A stretch of 64,000 nt of DNA, taken from contig NC_092350.1 in assembly GCF_963676685.1 (NCBI RefSeq), positions 18,662,001-18,726,000 of the forward strand, written 5' to 3'. The notes beneath the pieces were generated by a model. The model saw only the letters and a program-made list of their open reading frames with translations, made no database searches and was not told the origin of the DNA. Positions within the stretch are counted from its first letter, which is position 1, and the number at the start of each line of letters is the position of its first letter. The stretch is from Mytilus edulis (taxonomy: Eukaryota). This document shows, in pieces, positions 10,001 through 22,236 of the stretch. The position numbers and the translations under genes were made by a program.

Positions 10001-13000
10001 ATGGTATTGAAAAACTTAGTGAAAGAAGCATTATGCACGACAGAGGTCCATCAAAATGTCCACAATGCTATGATGTGCTCTGGTGGACCATACTCAACTT
10101 TACAAAGGTATAGTGTCCCCTATTATGTATAGGTCTGATGGACCATACTCAACTGTACAAAGGAATAGTGTCCCCTATTATGTATAGGTCTGATGGACCA
10201 TACTCAACTTTACAAAGGTATAGTGTCCCCTATTATGTATAGGTCTGATGGACCATACTCAAATGTACAAAGGTATTGTGTCCCCTATTATGTATAGGTC
10301 TGGTGGACCATACTCAACTTTACAAAGGTATAGTGTCCCCTATGATGTATAGGTCTGGTGAACCATACTCAACTTTACAAAGGTATAGTTTCTCCTATTA
10401 TGTATAGGTCTGATGGACCATACTCAACTTTACAAAAGTATAGTGTCCCCTATTATGTATAGGTCTGGTGGACCATACTCAACTTTACAAAGGTATAGTG
10501 TCCCCTATTATGTATAGGTCTGGTGGACCATACTCAACCTTACAAAGGTATAGTGTCCCCTATTATGTATAGGTCTGATGGACCATACTCAAGTTTACAA
10601 AGGTATAGTGTCCCATATTATTTATAGGTCTGGTGGACCATACTTAACTTTACAAAGGTATAGTGTCCCCTATTATGTATAGGTCTGATGGACCATACTC
10701 AACTTTACAAAGGTGTAGTGTCCCCTATTATGTATAGGTCTGATGGACCATACTCAACTTTACAAAGGTAAAGTGTCCCCTATTATGTATAGGTCTGGTG
10801 GACCATACTCAACTTTACAAAGGTGTAGTGTCCCCTATTATGTATAGGTCTGATGGACCATACTCTACAAAGTATAGTGTCCCCTATTATGTATAGTTTT
10901 TCAAGGTATAGCTTCCTCTATTGTGTATAGGTCTGATGGACATTAAACTATTTTACAAAGGTATAATTTGCACAAGGATTTTTATAGTAGTCACACTATA
11001 CAAATCCTTGATTTGCAAGTTATTATGCATTGGTCTGATGGGTCATACACCACTTTGCAAAGTATAGTTATCTATGTTCTATTAAGTAAAAAGTAGCATA
11101 AAAAGATATATTCAAATTCACCAAAGGACAATATCCACCGATTTAAGTAAATAAAATGTGATAAAAGGATAAAAGTATATAGTTAAATAAAAAATAGTGT
11201 TCTGAAGAGCCATACATCGATTATCTAACTCCAGTCACAATAGATATTCAAACTAGTCTGATGTACAGTAGTTGTCGTTTGTTTATGTAATTTATACGTG
11301 TTTCTCGTTTCTCGTTTTTTATATAGACTAGACCGTTGCATACCTGCCAACTGTCACTATTTGCGGGGGATTTCTCCCATGGAGGCTCCCAAATTGAAAT
11401 TTTGAAAGAGCAATTTTGTCCACAATTTTAAACAAAACAGTTAGTTTTACAATGAATCTAGGCTTATGAAAGCATGATGAAGCCAAAAAACAAAATTAAA
11501 ATGTATTTAAAGGCCTCCTTGAAGGTTTTTTATTTAGAAATATGACAGCCATCTTGAACTCAAAACCCCCATGGGCATTTTGAAAAGTTGGCAGGTATGC
11601 GTTGGTTTTCCCGTTTGAATGGTTTTACACTAGTAATTTGGGGCCCTTTATAACTTGTTGTTCGGTCCGTGTTGAAGGCCGTACATTTAACTATAATGGT
11701 TTACTTTTATAAATTGTTATTTGGATGGAGAGTTGTCTTATTGGCATTCACACCACATCTTCCTTTATCTAGTAAGTCGAAAAACAATCTGAGTTCATCT
11801 GACTGCAATGTGATGGCAAAAAATAAACACAGAGAAACGACCAAAATAAACAAAACGAAAGTACACAAAACACTAAATAAAAATTGAAAGACTGAGCAAC
11901 ATAAACCCCCACTAAAAAACAGTGACCTTAAGTTATTATATCACTATATTCAATTTATCGAAGTTGAAGTTGTATTTTTATAAATTAACCGTTACAGATT
12001 TTTGTTCAATACTTTTACATATATTTATCTTTTTTCCAGAGGAATTGGACTTAACAAGATAACTAAAAGTTCAGAAGAAAGGCTTCTGTCTGATGTAGAA
12101 AAAGAGTTTTATATGTTTAATAGAAAGAGAGTACAGTACGAATCTGATATTCAGAAAAAGAAAGTGGTAAGGAAAATACTTCTTTTCGGGGTTTTTGGGG
12201 GTTGTTTTGTTTTTGCCACAAGAAGTTGTGTCTTTTTGGAAGTGTATATATTCATTTATTTGTATTCAAATCACTTAATCATATGATCGATTTACTTGAC
12301 TTATAAAAAAACAAGATTTGATAATTCTAGATGAATCAAATACGACAATTTTTCCAAATATGTGCTTATGGGGTAAACATCAGCAATAGCAGTCCTACTG
12401 CAAGAAAATGTTATTATTTGCTTTTAAAAGTTGGCTTATTTGCAGAGCACTGAAAAAATGAAGTCAACTATAATTGAGCTTGAAGAACAGTTATCCAAAC
12501 GAAGCCGTATTGCGCATGTACGTCGGTCTACACGCTCCAATAGGAAGGTGGACAATCTCTCCAACAGACTATCAATGCTCAGAAAACAAATTGAAAGTGA
12601 AAAATCTATGACGGAGAAAAAACAAGAAGCGTTGAGCGAATTTATGTCCAGCATAGGCAAGGTAATTTCTCGTCTAGTAACTTCAAGTGAAAGAGCAAAT
12701 AATCAAAAGCATTCAAATTTATATAGTTTTGGTTTTTTGAAAAAAGTGTTCCATGAACAAAAAGTCAAAGAGTCGAAATACTTTGACACAATCACATATG
12801 GTATCTTCCAGAATGATCTAAATAGTGCAGGTTTCTCAATTTCCGTATTATCTTTTTCCACTTTACATTTTAGCTGTTAACCACGTCTTGACCCTCCTGT
12901 AGAGCTTTTATACGTTTTTTTTTTGTTTGAGGTCCTTGCGACCTTGCGTCATTGAACGTACAAACAAGATGGCGTAAGTCTTATCAACTATCTTGTTCAT

Positions 13001-16000
13001 GTTTGTGTTGATCAGCCTTATAATAAAGTTTTCTCTGTTGTGTTTGTAAACTGTTGTTTGTCTTTTGGTCTTTATAAAAGATTTTAGCCATGGCGTTATC
13101 AATTTATTTTCGACTTATGAGTTTGAATGTCCCTTTGGTATCTTTCGTCTCTCTTCTATTACAGGATATGAAGAAATTATATATAGAACTCACAGAACTC
13201 CAGACAAAAAGGATGCAGTTGATTTATTCTCAATTAAAAAAGTTTGGTTGTGCGTTCAAAGAGTTTAATCATGGTTACAAAAAGTAAGTGCTGACATAAA
13301 CAATACGTATTCCCCTTCAGATCAGCTAATTCAACGTTACTTGTTCTCTTATAAATCATAATCTCGTGATAGGCACGCGCTCTTAAACTTCAATGCCTCT
13401 ATAGTTGATGGATTACTATAATAAAACTTCAGATCTAAGAAGTTGTGAAGATTAAGGAAAGTTATTGTTCTACCTATTAGATTCTGTAATAATAGGAAGA
13501 ACGAAGATGTTGGATACATCTCAACGCGACAGAAAACCAACATCACAAAACATGAAAAGACATATTCATCTAGGTCAAATCATATTCTTGTATTTATGTG
13601 GGCGTGCATGAGAAATAAGCAATATTCTGTCAGATTTATGAAATTCAAAAGGGTCAAAAGTAAAGAGGATCTCGAAATCGACGCACAAAGGGCTTATCAG
13701 TGACGATTTTATAACCTTTGAGTTATTTTATCATTAAAAAAACGTCAGAAATGTTTAAGGTGATGGCAGGGGAGTTATGAAGTAAAACCAACTGTTTTCC
13801 TTGGTAATCACTGACGGTGTTCGTGCAATCAAAATCGTTTAAAGGATCTTTCGTATTGATTATTGTTTCTTTGCAGGAGGAAGACCGAGATCGGTGAAAT
13901 GATAGGTTCCTTTGAGTCCATTTGCATAGAGGAAATAATAGAACGTGTAAAACAAGAAATAGAGGCTAGAGCAAACACAAGAAAGAAAGGTCACATATTT
14001 GAGTTACAGGTATTAAATCGGTCTTTAATAACCAAAATCTTTTTAACTTTTGATATCTACGTCATTTAAAAACAAAATGTCGAATTTTGAAATTTCAAAA
14101 TTGATTTAATGTTTCTATTTCAAACAACCCTCGTCATTAGTAAATCAAAACAAACACTAATGCTGCATATACTTATAATAAAATTACACATATATCTTTT
14201 CTTAATTGTTTTAAACTTCCGAATGATGGTTTTTTTTCTATAGGAAATGTTTACTCCCATGAAAAACAACATCGAGCAAAGAAAGGACGCCACTCTCAGG
14301 TAGGTAGAATATATTTGAATGTTAAATATCTTTCTACAGTTCAAAAAATCTCGAAGTGCATTATAGGCAACTAATAACGTGCAATTCCATGGACACGAGG
14401 ATAGAATTACTGCATAATCCTGACTTATTATAGACATTTCTATGAGGAAAGAGTACATTAAACTAGTTTGACGACACTAGATGGCGTCAATTAGGTATTT
14501 TTCCAACTGTACAAATTTTTATAAGCATACTAATATATGATTTAGAGGGAGTTGAGTTCTCACAAAACAAAATTAACGCCGCAGCATTGTTGCGACTCTT
14601 CGTACAGGAACATCTAGCCTTAATTATATTCTTGTGTTGTGTTGAAGCCAGAATCCCAATGCGGGAATTTCTTTCTGCGTTGAACACCCATTGGTGGCCG
14701 TTGGCTGTGTTTCTCAGTTTGGTCGAGTTGTTGTCTCTTTGAGACATTTCCCGTTTCCATTCTCTATTCTATCCAATATAATTATCAAATATTACGGTAT
14801 TATACCTACTAATGTTTGGATCGTTCATGATTGCAAAATGGAAGATACTTGTTCTGCTACATAATAAATTCAACAAATAACACCAAAACGAGTCATAACA
14901 TTATACCATTTTCTGCATTAATTGTTTTGTTAAAACAATCTAAATAATGTGTTGATCATGCCAAAAAGAAAATTTCAGTATGTATTTTCATCACTTTTAG
15001 CGCATGTGCACTTCCAAAACAAGAAAAATTCAACAACACACATGCAGTACAGTCGATGATTGGGAGAACGCAGACGACTGTAGATAGCAGTGAAAGCGAT
15101 AATTTGTTGGTGGGAACTTTCTGTGCCTCTTCTTCAGAATCGATTAAAAACAAAGGAATGAATCCGGTCAGATGCCAACGATCCGAAAACTCCGGTAAAC
15201 TTATACTCAGTCGGAATTTTGTCAAATTTGTAACCAATTACTTTAGCATATATAATTCAGCGACCACAAATATCCTGAAAGACAATATTTTGATTTAAGA
15301 ACGTTATTTGTTATTTGTTGCATTCGGAATTAGTTTTACTTTTGTACATTGGCATTTTTTGTATTATATTCCCAATAGTGCCATTCTCATTTAAATCCTA
15401 TAACCTTTCCTAAAATTCACAAAATCTTGATGTGTGTGCAGGTTCTATCAACACCATCTCATATTTTCGAACATCAAATCCAATATAAATTCCTTGTAGA
15501 TAACTTAAAACTGCCATTTCGATAGATTTATGCAAACTTTGAATACTTATGATAAAAAGTGAAGACGACGGAATACACGTTCTGGAATTCTAATGAAAGT
15601 TAACTTAGCTATCTGTTATTTTTCTCATTAAATATATTTTTGTTTGGGACATCCTTCGATCCAAATATCTTATTAAAAATATTTTTTAAGGGCTTTACAA
15701 TTTTTTTTTTTTTTTTATTACATTTGTATTTATTAATTTTCGTGCGTATTTTAGTCTAGACGCCATCTAATTAACCATCGAGTTGACCTCTAAAGTCATC
15801 CGATGACCATATAAGCGATGTAAACGTAAATATAGATATAAATAGATAAAGTGAACGCGTGCTGTTGGATTTTTCTAGGTCCATTTAATTACATATTATA
15901 GATGAAAAAATCTTTATAAAAAAATCGCGTCTGTAATGAGGTGTAAAACTTTAATCTTGCAGATTCGTCGCTCGAATCAAAGATAGAGACAATTGTTATC

Positions 16001-18410
16001 CCGAATGAACCTAGTGACTGTAAGATGCCACCTCCATTTCCGACCAAAGAGTTCTGTGTAAGCTCTGGTGATGAGGCAAGCGCTTGTATGGAGGAACAAC
16101 ACGAAGCCGGTAAATTAGTCAATATTCATTTTGTAGTTATACCTACAGTGTACTTGTAATGAATGATCAAGACGAAAAGTAACGGCTAGTTTTTGTTTAT
16201 CTTTTCATAATAATTTAGATGGAAGCAGCCTTAAATGATCAAAAGCTTTATTAGAAAAAAGATTTATTGTGGGACAATATCATCACTGGCAAATATTTGA
16301 TTGTGAATTTCAAAAACTTGATACCGTTAAGATCAATATTAGAGAACATTTAGATCTGACAATTTCCAAGAAAACTCGATAAAAGCCATAGATTCCTTTA
16401 AGAAATTATCGGTTCCCGCTTTTCTGTATACAAATAACATTTGTTTCTTTTTATATATTTAACTTCAAAAAGCTTTTTCCAACTCGACATTTTACCCTCT
16501 AAAATAATGACACTTTAAAACTGAAGACGGTACCAATGAGAAAGCTCTTGCTATAAAGGATCATATAAGTGAGCAAAAAACTGAGACAAAATATATTATA
16601 TATTTTCTTTTTTTTCTAGATGAAGTTAGCTGGAAGTGGTCTAATACCAATCAGCGGTTACACACCAATAATACTGACGATATCAGCATGATTAGAAATG
16701 TCAAGGTCATTGCTATTCATGACTTTGTCGCTGGGAAAGGTGATCAAATTTCTTTTAAAAAAGGTATGGTTGTCGTACAACTGCACATTTTATGTAATCA
16801 TGAAACGTAATTATTGTTTCATGTTTTTTATAAATTTCATTTCGTTTTTTCTAAGTTGATTCATGACAATCAAGGAGATAGCTATCAACCAGACACCAAA
16901 TAACATGAATGTAAGCTACTAAAGGTCACCTAACGGCCTTCAATAATGAGAAACCATTACTGTATAATAAGCTTTACAAGCTAGATTCGTTAGATTGGCA
17001 TGTAATACAAGACACAAAATACCGATCTCAAGAGTATTCGTGGTTATTAATAGTTAGTTCAAAGCCAGATACAACTTAAAGATAAATCATGGTTTCCAAT
17101 ACTACAATATTAATCAGTACACATCCAACAACTTTAGTGTAAATATCTCTAGGTGATCATAGATGTATAGGAATACACGCTAAGTTATGTTCTTATTTAT
17201 CAGAAACTGAATTAATGTAAGTACCGATAAAGACAATATTGAAATATCTTTCTTCGGTTCTAAATTATTACCTTTAAAGAATTTATATTTAATGGATCCG
17301 TTACTCGTCGGTCTAGTGTCGCAATTAATTATTTTGGTTTGCAATTAGAGTTGTCTCCCTTCCTCTTAAAATGAATAAAATACAAAAACTTAAGATATAT
17401 ACTTAATCATATTATTTCTAGGTTTCGGAGGGGGCGTGCAGTTCCTCTAACCAATATAACATGCCTTTTACACGTGTACATTAAGACAAACTATAGTATA
17501 TTGAATTTTAGGTAGCATGAAGACTGCAAAGACATTGATTGTGCTCTATTCCGATCTTTAATATGTGCATTTTATATCATTTTTAACCGGATTTTTGTGA
17601 CAAAAATGTCGGTTATTGATTTGGGGATGTACGGCGGGCGGCCGGGCAGTCGGGCGGTCGGGCGGACGGGCGGGCGGCAATCAAATGTTGTCAGTGCATT
17701 AATTCATGAACTGTTCAGCCAAAGCTTCCCAAATTTTAATATGTTGTGACTGATGACAAAATAGAGGTCAAGTTAAATAATGACGATTTTGACTTTCACC
17801 GTTCAGGAGTTAAGGTTCTTGAAAGATTGAAAAATGGTGTTTCCAGTCGTGTCCGTGCATTTTCACATGAACCATTCAACCAAAGCTTTTGAAATTTTTA
17901 TATGTTGTTACTGATGACAAAATAGAGGTCAAGTTCAATAATGACGATTTTGACTTTTACCGTTCAGGCGTTATGGTTCTTGAAAGATTGTAAAATGTCA
18001 TTTCCATTCACGTTGTTGCATTTACTTATGAACCATTCAATCTAAGCTTTTCAAATTTTAATATGTTGATACTGATGACAAAATGGAGGTCAAATTTGAT
18101 ATTGACGATTTTCACTTTCACCATTCATCAGTAATGGTTCTTGTGATATGGCCAGGACACAAATAAATATTAATAAATCCGGTTTGCTGTCGTTGTGACA
18201 GCCTCTTGTATTTCATTCATATGAAAAATCTTCGGACATATTATTTCCCTTGCAGGTCAAATCATAAAACAAAAAGTTGGAGAAAACGAAGATGGATTTG
18301 CATATGGCTGGGTGCGTGAGAATAGATTGGCGCCAAAACAGTATGGCTGGTATCCGGCTGGGATTGTAAAAAGATATGTCCCATCATCAGATTCTGCCAG
18401 AAAGGAGTGA
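7022..18410 (+). CDS. Divergent PACSIN/syndapin-like F-BAR + SH3 protein, 12 exons, about 536 aa
   Basis: Hand-built exons: 7022-7098, 8210-8304, 9975-10107, 12040-12166, 12431-12661, 13165-13283, 13877-14009, 14244-14299, 15001-15194, 15963-16109, 16620-16763, 18256-18410. All phases are compatible (1611 nt). F-BAR signatures: ERARIELVYIRNLKEW and EALCTTEVHQ. C-terminal SH3: AIHDFVAGKGDQISFKKG...GW...GWYPAGIV. The intron-2 boundaries are uncertain. Confidence 0.85.
9047..9120 (+). ncRNA. Type II SECIS element (predicted)
   Basis: Helix I tcatat/atatga; core AUGAU (9061-65) with UGAU (9103-06); helix II GGUAUGAUACU/AGGAUUGUGCC (10 of 11 pairs); unpaired AAA at 9077-79; apical CCC/GGG mini-stem. 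The core lies 61 nt after the stop codon. Confidence 0.75.
9312..9402 (+). ncRNA. Twister ribozyme-like motif, P5-type permutation (predicted)
   Basis: P5 GGUUAGAGGU/GCCUCUGGCC; P2 GGGG/CCCC; G-A-GGG at 9329-33 able to pair with loop CCC 9381-83; U|AA at 9355/56; GCC; P3 GCA-UUUU-UGC; P4 CCUG/CAGG closing loop UCCCAAGU. P1 is non-canonical. Confidence 0.75.
10078..10896. repeat. 55-bp minisatellite, about 15 copies (decaying to about 11070), seeded at the exon 3 / intron 3 junction
   Basis: Unit gtctg(a/g)tggaccatactcaactttacaaag|gtatagtgtcccctattatgtatag. Confidence 0.95.
11257..11771 (+). mobile_element. Retroelement 3'-tail fragment (family C), interrupted by a MITE
   Basis: Near-identical to 29517-30718 once each copy's insertion is removed. 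Confidence 0.75.
11339..11599. mobile_element. 261-bp MITE with 14-bp TIR and 5-bp TSD (possibly hAT5-like)
   Basis: TIR catacctgccaact / agttggcaggtatg; TSD CGTTG at 11334-38 and 11600-04; the empty site is visible in the paralogous copy near 30530. The superfamily call is inference. Confidence 0.9.
13044..13157 (+). mobile_element. Family B 3' tail abutting the exon 6 acceptor
   Basis: Matches 45705-45807 (ttttagccatggcgtt...ccctttggtatctttcgtc). Confidence 0.8.
14530..14771 (+). mobile_element. Degenerate family A 3' tail with decayed twister-like core
   Basis: Similar to 9320-9636. Confidence 0.65.
17582..18209 (+). mobile_element. Pearl/HINE-like element family 2, with 3 internal cores of about 160 bp
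   Basis: Inserted in a T-run; (GGGC/GGTC)n microsatellite; tandem cores; 3' hairpin gctgtc-gttgt-gacagc; CTTGT end. Sister copy at 29570-30513. Confidence 0.85.
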
Positions 18411-18854
18411 ACATAGTTGGATATTTTCTTACAACTTGTCGGTCTTCGTTTGCTTTAAGTCACTTTACTTGTGAATAATAAAATATGCAGTTCTATATAG
18501 ATTTATTTTGCTACTGTCCATTTTTTTTTCTCTTAACGTATCGTATAAAACATATAGCTTAACATTATTGGTTTGGTGTGAGTAACCTCGATACGTAACT
18601 TAAACAAAGCATCACTATAGTCTAGAGGACATTGAATGTCCTTCATAATCAACTGAAGTAGCTTCAAAGGAAACGATTAGGAAAAAAGCCTTGCGACAGC
18701 TCAATATCATATACATTGATGGTAGAGGTTTGCTTTCCGAGGATATAACTAGCCAGTAATCAGCACTAAAGTCTTGTGTGTTGTCATGAACTATCATTGA
18801 CATGGTCATAATTGATATTAACTGTTTGAAAAACTTTTCAATTTTTGAAAACAA

Positions 18855-19212
18855 GGAGTTTTCAACCTCAGGAATGTATTACCTTAAGTTTGCTGAATTT
18901 TGGTCATCTATACTCGCCAACTTCGTTCTCGTCTTTGCTAACCAAAGGTTCTAGAAGGGAACAGCAGCTCTTTTCACAAAAAAATCTTAGGAGTAAAAAT
19001 ATTCGCAAGACATAGTCTACACATTCCCAGTATAACTTACAATCAATTTCAATCTTAAATTTTTTGGTGAAGAGAGTCGCTCTTGGCTTGCGAAGATGCT
19101 TTGTTCTTTAATTTACCTTTCTTTACTTTTTGATTTGATCGTCACAGGTTAGTCTTTTGTAGACGAAATGCGCGTCTGCCGTTCAAAATTTTAGTCCTGG
19201 TCTATGATGAAT
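18855..19212 (+). mobile_element. Degenerate retrozyme/PLE-LTR-like repeat with a decayed minimal type I hammerhead (19139-19182), interrupted by a foldback MITE (about 18931-19097)
   Basis: cgtca-CAGGTTA-gtc-ttttgta-gac-GAAA-tgcgc-GTC: stem II, GAAA and GUC are intact but the CUGAUGA box is mutated. Confidence 0.55.
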
Positions 19213-20041
19213 ATATATAAAGCGTTGCTTCATTGTTTTATTTATCAAACAGAGGTCCTTGCTTGAAATGTGACAAAGTCATCACTGAATGATCACTGAA
19301 TGGTCTATAAAAACTTGGTACAACTTATAAAGTCATTGTAACCAGTAGGCTAGATACTGAACTATAATGGAGTCGTTCTAGTAAGATCCGAGAAAAAGTG
19401 TCTTCACTTTTTTTTAAGAATGCATAACATTACACTTCGGTATAACAACATTAATGAATTCAAAGGAAAACAATCTTGTCTCGGCAACTTAAGTTTTTCT
19501 TGCATTTAAAAAAAAGCTTAAGAGATATTGCACATATATGAAACTTTTGAACTGAATTTGACCAAACTTGACCACAAACGTTATTGGAGTATCTAGTTTA
19601 AAGTTATGTCCAGACTGAAATCGTTAGTTGACTCCTTAATTATTGTAGTTATTGCCTTGTAGTGATGATTTTTACATTTTCTTTTTGCCTTTTTAGTCTA
19701 GTATTTTGGAAACAATAAAAGCAAGCAAGACACGATTTACCAAAATATGTCAACATGACTGGAAATTGATATTTAACTCTTTATAGATTTATTGTCCTTT
19801 AAAGTCTCTAGTATTTAAAATACGACCCTACAGTGAACAAACACTCATTCATATAAAAACGTAATTTGAGTAGAGCATCATTAGCATGAACTGAAAAGAA
19901 AAGAAAAGAAAAGTTAGGCCGTGACTGCCACGCTATATGAAAGAGGGAGAAGCAAAAGTATAACCGTCACTTGAGCTGTTGCCGGTAACTATACCGCGGA
20001 ACACTTAGTCCTAATGGGGATACAGATAGCGATAGAAACAT

Positions 20042-21399
20042 GGCACTGGCTACGGTTACTTAAGAATTGAATGCTCTTTTTTGTAAATTTATTGGGGTGT
20101 AAAAGCGTTGACCGAAGTACATTTTGTATGAAGCGCGGAAGCGCTTCATACTTAAAATGTGCGCACGGTCAACGCTTTTACAACCCTATAAAATTACAAA
20201 AAAAAGCATTCAATACTTATAATTACATTTTTACCTATAGGATCATGAAAACACGCCTTTTATCAAGTTTTTATTTCATTTACCTGTGCACTTTATTGTG
20301 GGACCTCGTGTCATCATGAATGAGAAGTTTTATTGAGTGATACAACTGCTTAATTAGCCAATCAGAATAACGTATTGTAATGAAACATACATCTAATGTA
20401 ATTAAAAAATGTATATGGAAATGTAACAATAATAAAAATATTATTGTTACATTGGAGAATAATTGCCGGAATTTGTAATACTTGTAATAATGATAAATAA
20501 TACATATCATTCAACAAATGGTATTTAAATAGTTTAACTGCACGCCTACTCTTATTACTGTCATCATGGTTAGGGTTAGGGTTACTTTGAACAATGGATG
20601 AAGAGATTCCTAATACCAATTTTGTTTTGGATGAAAAAATTAAAACTTGGGATGCGTTTGAAACGAAACTGAAACAATATCAAGACACAAATTGCATACA
20701 GCTATAGATGCGAACGCATCTCTAAAAAAAATTGATACATCCAAAGCAAATTACAGTTTACTAACTGCTAAGTTGGATACTAAAATTTGAGGTAAACCTA
20801 AAATCCGTAATGGACAGCAATGCGATCATATTGAAAGACGACATGAAACTACATCACATGCTTCCAACCAAAATATTGGATAAGAATATCAACATTGCTA
20901 GAGTAAAAAAGTATTTCTCACCAGAACCATGGCAAACATTAAATGTTGCCTTATCTTCTAAAAGGAATATCGCAGAATGGAATTATACTACGTTCACAAA
21001 GCGGCACCACTGGTGTGTGATCATGGAGATGGCTGCTTGGAGTGGTTTCGTCAAAAATGTGTCGGACTTAAACATACTCCAAAATTCACTTACGGGATAT
21101 GTAGAAACTGTCATTGTAAATACAAAAAAGTAAAGAAATTGTATGTAATAATTGTATGTATTGTAAATATAAAATAAATGTCTTCAACTTTTATTATTTA
21201 GTACCTATTACAAGTCTCATCGTAGTGACATTGCTGTTTTTCATGTAACAATAACGCTATGTAACCGTAGCCTCAATAGTTATTGTTACATTCGTAATTA
21301 GTCAGGTCCTTACCCAACCATACATTCCGGCATTTAGTCTCCAATGTAACAATAATATTTTTATTATTGTTACATTTCCATGTAACCGTAGCCAGTGCC
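20042..21399 (+). mobile_element. Internally deleted MULE/Mutator-like DNA transposon
   Basis: TIR ggcactggctacggttac / gtaaccgtagccagtgcc, extending to about 75 bp; 9-bp TSD TAGAAACAT (20033-41, 21400-08); decayed transposase-like N-terminus near 20594; PHD-finger remnant (C..GCLEWF..CVGL..P....CRNC) at about 21010-21120. Confidence 0.88.
20060..20405. mobile_element. Palindromic non-autonomous element nested in the MULE left TIR
   Basis: Near-perfect hairpin of about 160 bp (20061-20219), followed by a segment bounded by taattacat/atgtaatta. It splits the MULE TIR. Confidence 0.7.
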
Positions 21400-21736
21400 T
21401 AGAAACATTAAGATGTGCCACTGGACAATGTTGCAATTTATCAGCTTAGTACATTAAATTTGTTTTTCGATAAACACATTTGAAATTACCCCAAAAATGT
21501 ATGTGAAAATTTCCTCGAAAGCACGGACTGTAAACTCAATTCTTCCTCCATTTAGCTCTGACCACTATCCAATAATCAAAGATAGATCAGAAATATTCAC
21601 AACAACATGAACAATAACACATTATTTTAGTTTTGATAAAACTTATGTGAACAAAATTGCGAGAAAACATAAAGTTTTAAATTGAAAAATATAAATATTG
21701 TTTGCCGCTTTTTTTGTAAACTCTTTACATTTGTAT

Positions 21737-21953
21737 GAGGGTATGGATGGGGGGGGGGGGGGTCTGTTATTCTGTAAACATTTAATTTTCACCCCATTTT
21801 TCTCTAATCTTTAAAAAATTAACCCCTTTTTTCTCTAATCTTCCAAAATTTAACCCTTTTATTCTCTAATCTTCTATTTTTTGGCTCATTATTCTCTAAT
21901 CTTCATTTTTTAAGGGCATTATTCTTTAATCATTTAACCCCATCCAAACCCTC
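21737..21953. mobile_element. 217-bp MITE with 15-bp TIR and 6-bp TSD
   Basis: TIR gagggtatggatggg / cccatccaaaccctc (1 mismatch); TSD TTGTAT; internal ttctctaatctt repeats. Confidence 0.85.
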
Positions 21954-22236
21954 TTGTATACTTATTACGATTTTTTTGTTACCACAATGACTATCTGTGG
22001 GGTATCATGAACTTGATGGGTATCACTTTGGCAGCGCGTTTTTCTTTTTATTTCATTACGTTGTTTAGTTGGAAATTTGAATGATGCATTTAATAAATAT
22101 CAGAATTATTTGTAATTGTTATTATTGATGTCATTGTTATGCGTTGTTTCTTCCAATTTTGGAAATTTTGGGGCGTTTCTGAAATCTACATATCACTTTT
22201 TAGCAAAACCGTCGTTTACCGGAAGTTTAATATTAT

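Noticed and set aside
10078-10896. CRISPR-like regular repeats (also 35037-36954 and 27335-28760)
   Set aside because: There are no unique spacers and no cas genes, and the context is eukaryotic; these are satellites.
13670-13710. Possible minus-strand hammerhead relic (cgtcactgataag)
   Set aside because: Too degenerate; no GAAA box found.
22116-22236. Signal-peptide-like N-terminus of the 487-aa ORF
   Set aside because: It starts at TTG and is host flank that happens to be in frame; RT homology begins only after the TSD at 22237.
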